A stretch of 64,000 nt of DNA from a virus. Made by a program: the position numbers and the translations under genes. This document shows, piece after piece, positions 62,701 through 64,000 of this stretch. Under the pieces are notes generated by a model, which made no database searches, had not been told where the DNA came from, and saw nothing but the letters and a program-made list of their open reading frames with translations. Each line of letters opens with the position of its first letter. Within the stretch, counting starts at the first letter, position 1. The DNA is taken from IMG/VR virus record IMGVR_UViG_3300045988_168232, positions 1 through 64,000 of that record; one strand, 5' to 3'.

Positions 62701-62964
62701 GTGAATGCTCAAACGAATAAGACTACAACGCCTAATGTTACAAATCAAAATGAGTATGCTTCAAAATATGAGCGTTCGTCTGCCAAACCTACACAAATAA
62801 ACATCCATATTAATGAGCTGGCTCACTTTGACCGCACAACAGTAGCTTCAAGTGCTGAAGAACGAGATTTGGTTGAATCAATGGAGTCTAAAATCGCTGA
62901 AGCTGTATATAGAATATTTGCTGAAGCCTCTAACCATGCGCAAAGTACTATTGATTTAACATAA
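56728..62964 (+). CDS. Tail tape measure protein
   Basis: 2078 aa. TP901-type TMP core ('FSSSEVADAAKFLAMAGYDIEAI...IADLALIGDSDLGETADKMTNIM...TALRMMYMNL'). Hydrophobic Gly/Ala-rich segments downstream. Confidence 0.9.
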   Translation: MADYKDYIVRYDIQADVTKAAEGLQSIANIAKEFEVPMRELSAAIKQVSQSAFQLKQNANISFTPKIDVGAFNNQLRNMVVQVRSAATEMHAAIFEALSGNAPATKAMQKGIGTALKSNKSISDLKSDIAAYNKELDKLLGTPITKKGKTIRNRDGAIQMAKNAKMDDRVIELESRKQMLQKLIKQRRADLALAEQLEKEISSKQVKTDSKAKSPAKETTVLGTQPAKLTNVTPAVIREWKKVFGDAKSKSLTVNIKGNAGGANGALTIIKQIQSSLEALQTMGTFNINPVLNIEAFAAAETQLKRLAALSSSVTAPFIAKDENAQGAKLGSPTTSLTKDEKNKLSEAKRQIKTWNEKIAGVQSRLHANKEKYEQAPTPGLKGQITRDTKTLEKYQVNRAAQEDVVKSLQGKTATAVQSATKGVKPLSIDIIGNLKGVNVTGKTPVVPIIGELTKIQGKITETIPVNVKIMADQVAASIKSIPTPTLNVNVRLNTEGIAQQLQTVAAKPKSVTKPETKTETVPVKGIGAKSKTQFPKSTTLITGDIDTKNIVNQIKNIPRQMIPIAVKLMWEKGAVGRQEQLKNLATKIPPVTIALDTKAAIAKFEEFIALIKSNSIQNIQITASGNTSNAITKAVTSASASSTSVIAGGNNNVTAKNKSLTAQDRYAKLKENAVKNAEKAKAGGKQMVLKGQEVRAKEQAWYAQQQAMYNRLFEAVPKPDYGWLQRQETQRASELLKMREDATAAFANPTPFERKEAASHKETVSSSITRHQQKAERLRAQAYNSMLPFAQNKEQANMMAKHRKYFRQAVTTTGITPTQGMDASQMLKYLQGVSSQMQSSSVAVPWQLQNQINKLEGQIAKSKGIMSGGSTHRTSVTPVNSQKTFFDQSRKWAYPFTGQTSFGARTPMAVDMAKGAGVMFAVGGAMSAISGAFNEAVEYQNTMRTTQSILKHGTDSYTKDSFKNMERTVRDVGVKTKFSSSEVADAAKFLAMAGYDIEAINAAIAPIADLALIGDSDLGETADKMTNIMTTFQISPNRMREAANIMATTATRSNTDLMMLAESAKYGGGVANMYGRNDPNLFGDTMALFGVMGNAGIQASSAGTALRMMYMNLFNPNNKQKALLDMLESTYNIKRFKDNGEYRAMSDILIDMAQRIPENKMADVVGKLFRITAQPGANATLIAAAGGELNNEQEIVSGFNSVGDKILKEGLGPLISLMKANRESINGNISGDIAGSKQNTLKGLWAQVTSTFEEGVLVTLENRQGEFENMLKQLSEYFAKPETIQMMQNLIDMIVDIGKVMAGFVKIWAELYNMAPGLIKLWVTTQMLFTQIGTLISPIISLIGVFNRLGGVIAKLSGVSMVGSIALGKTTSGRMITNSALLGAPFAVGGSNVIRGNAAVRANRELASNAVLAGELALSGASKRDTLDALNNETRQHYAEVRKRANRIYGTARAGRAFRAAATAVPTMAAFAPMMTGVKSMFVGLLTSLAKAIGFLVNPITLVVGALGALGFGVYKLFQFVNGNTESQILAQQEMAKRSAEATSAMINNSQWYKEQLNKFKNPAQQLESVGKSRKQLEYEENANRFKSENADIFADLSKNASYKGIDQQVSSWRERFNNNPLYKFAIGKDYDKFVGDGLTKDNSQLQYTGTDADGGIALYNLLFGAKNKAKFVQNNQIQAALRTAGANHPIIQNANEQIANLRQQFFDGTINEDEYYKQAYKIRDSIVNLNNPKLRSSAGMTLEQFNGISDPSIYREYAIGQYNIINSFINGEYGSLVGKINAYKELRDGIEAYSNKWWNAISNVIGDFPLMWNAISTDGKQSAKIELSLSMLPDGKIDHNNIVKQIEEKVGAFNKNIQDFANMYAKVYMMMAEAGLVPKDKENAQKWTLQQLQNQQISAEDAASFYHNNVSDSSVLKKYGVTVEEYQKYIANPNGKLTINGKAYSAVNDVKYIRKTLANQAVDKILGGVPEFNGNGPLLLGGQNNGNDNVNAQTNKTTTPNVTNQNEYASKYERSSAKPTQINIHINELAHFDRTTVASSAEERDLVESMESKIAEAVYRIFAEASNHAQSTIDLT

Positions 62965-63034
62965 AAATAAGTCTCCGATTACTAATAATTGATTGGAAAA
63001 GGGGGCTTTTCAAATTTACAAACTATTATAAGAC

Positions 63035-64000
63035 ATGAGTAGCTTAAATAATCTTGCAATTACAGCCACAAACAGCGCAATGACCTCGGCTATGGGGGCG
63101 ATGTTTAATACTTTGCAAAGTAAAATAGCAAATGGTGGCAGGGATAGGAACTGTAAGTTCTACTATAATGACGGCGCCGGTGGTTCTATTTTACAAGTAG
63201 CCGTTAAAGGTGCTGTGGGAGGCGCTGTGTCCGCACTTAAAAATGAAGCGGTAAACGCATTTAACTCATTATTAAATGGGAAACGTACCAAAAGTAATAT
63301 AGGATCAGCATGGATAGAATCTGAACTTAAAAAACAGGAAGAAGAAGCCAAGGAATATGGCATGATGCAAGTTGATGGTGGAACTATTTACGCACTTGAC
63401 GACTGGGGATGCAAATCTCCAGAAGCCTTGATGCTTGGTATTGAATTGGATCAAAGTATCACAGTGACTCAAAAATTTCCAGTATATCGTACACAAGTGA
63501 TTGATGCAAAAAATGGCATATATAAAGAACAAGAACCTAATACGATTAATAATGTGGTGACTACTAAAACTTTAGTGTGGTATGATACAACAGCTCTTAT
63601 AACAATCAATTCAGATAAAAACTTAATTGCTACACGTGTTCAGGGGCGTGACTATAGTAGAAAGGAGTTAGTTTCTAATGGTGATATTAAATTCTCTGTT
63701 AGTGGGCAAATCACAAGTGGGAAACCTGATATTTATCCATCTGAGGAGGTAAAGAAATTTATCAAAGTTATGCAATACAAAGGCATTATCAAAATAAACA
63801 ATCAGATACTTGACCAATTTGGCATTAGTCATATTGTAATAACAAATTTCAATATGCCACCAAGACAAGGATATAAGGCTCTTCAACAATACTCTTTTTC
63901 AGCTATAGGATTACAACCTGAAAAAGATATTGAGATTTCAGAAGATACGATATCAATCATACCTCAAAAAGCTGTGGCTGACAAAGAGGATGATGGTAGT
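63035..64000 (+). CDS. Tail/baseplate-module protein, partial (runs off the window)
   Basis: ATG at 63035, then 322 codons open to the window end by hand translation. It is absent from the ORF track because there is no stop in the window. It lies immediately after the TMP. Confidence 0.6.
   Translation, partial: MSSLNNLAITATNSAMTSAMGAMFNTLQSKIANGGRDRNCKFYYNDGAGGSILQVAVKGAVGGAVSALKNEAVNAFNSLLNGKRTKSNIGSAWIESELKKQEEEAKEYGMMQVDGGTIYALDDWGCKSPEALMLGIELDQSITVTQKFPVYRTQVIDAKNGIYKEQEPNTINNVVTTKTLVWYDTTALITINSDKNLIATRVQGRDYSRKELVSNGDIKFSVSGQITSGKPDIYPSEEVKKFIKVMQYKGIIKINNQILDQFGISHIVITNFNMPPRQGYKALQQYSFSAIGLQPEKDIEISEDTISIIPQKAVADKEDDGS

Larger units (their letters stand above)
1..64000. mobile_element. 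Partial temperate tailed-phage genome / prophage (contractile-tail type, Bacteroidota-like)
   Basis: Integrase, long array of small co-directional early ORFs, dUTPase, then portal-MuF-protease-capsid-sheath-tube-chaperone-TMP order. AT-rich, with no SD sequences before the genes. Confidence 0.85.

Noticed and set aside
1-64000. CRISPR array, rRNA, or reverse transcriptase (retron / DGR RT / group II intron)
   Set aside because: No regularly spaced 25-40-nt direct repeats were seen. No ORF has an RT YxDD motif block. There is nothing rRNA-like in this AT-rich phage sequence.
45928-64000. Alternative genetic code (TAG or TGA recoding, as in some gut phages)
   Set aside because: All late genes, including the 2078-codon TMP, are intact under the standard code. 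The two in-frame stops noted (TAG at 29127, TAA at 20667) are isolated cases in early genes.

Overview
AT-rich 64-kb stretch that reads as most of a temperate, contractile-tailed phage (prophage or phage contig) of a Bacteroidota-type host. This host call rests on the absence of Shine-Dalgarno sequences, a TAnnTTTG-like -7 box, and PcfJ/PcfK, DUF4494 and DUF4406-type genes. Layout: (i) 1-3.5 kb, + strand: a tyrosine integrase followed by a tightly coupled 3-gene cassette of unknown function. (ii) 3.65-36.2 kb: about 75 tightly packed, mostly small minus-strand early/accessory ORFs. They include an orphan DNA methyltransferase, a DUF2829 (Tad2/AcrIIA7-like) fusion, a ParA/Mrp-like ATPase, RNase H, HTH regulators, a PcfJ/PcfK-like pair, a DUF1566-like protein with a GC-rich 3' end, secreted proteins and lipoproteins, and many intragenomic paralogues. 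(iii) 36.2-38.35 kb: an ORF-free region rich in repeats and hairpins. (iv) 38.4-45.7 kb: a regulatory/accessory region with DUF4406, a winged-helix protein, a divergent promoter region, an island headed by a second catalytic-domain-only tyrosine recombinase, and a dUTPase module. (v) 45.9-64 kb, + strand: the late operon. Its order is portal, MuF/gp7-like, Mu-G-like, ClpP-type protease/scaffold, major capsid, sheath, tube, chaperone with a candidate -1 frameshift, a second sheath paralogue insulated by terminators, a 2078-aa tape measure, and a partial next tail gene. I saw no rRNA, tRNA, CRISPR array, reverse transcriptase or terminase in the window. The most noteworthy leads are: the integrase-adjacent 3-gene cassette; the DGR-variable-region-like 3' end of the DUF1566 gene with no template repeat in the window; the 2.1-kb non-coding region with palindromic GTTTCAC sites; a 14-nt inverted repeat flanking the dUTPase module next to the short recombinase; the duplicated sheath gene; and two anti-defence-family genes (DUF2829, PcfK-like). 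All family names come from recognising motifs by eye. No database search was possible, so functional calls are hypotheses unless the catalytic motifs are quoted.
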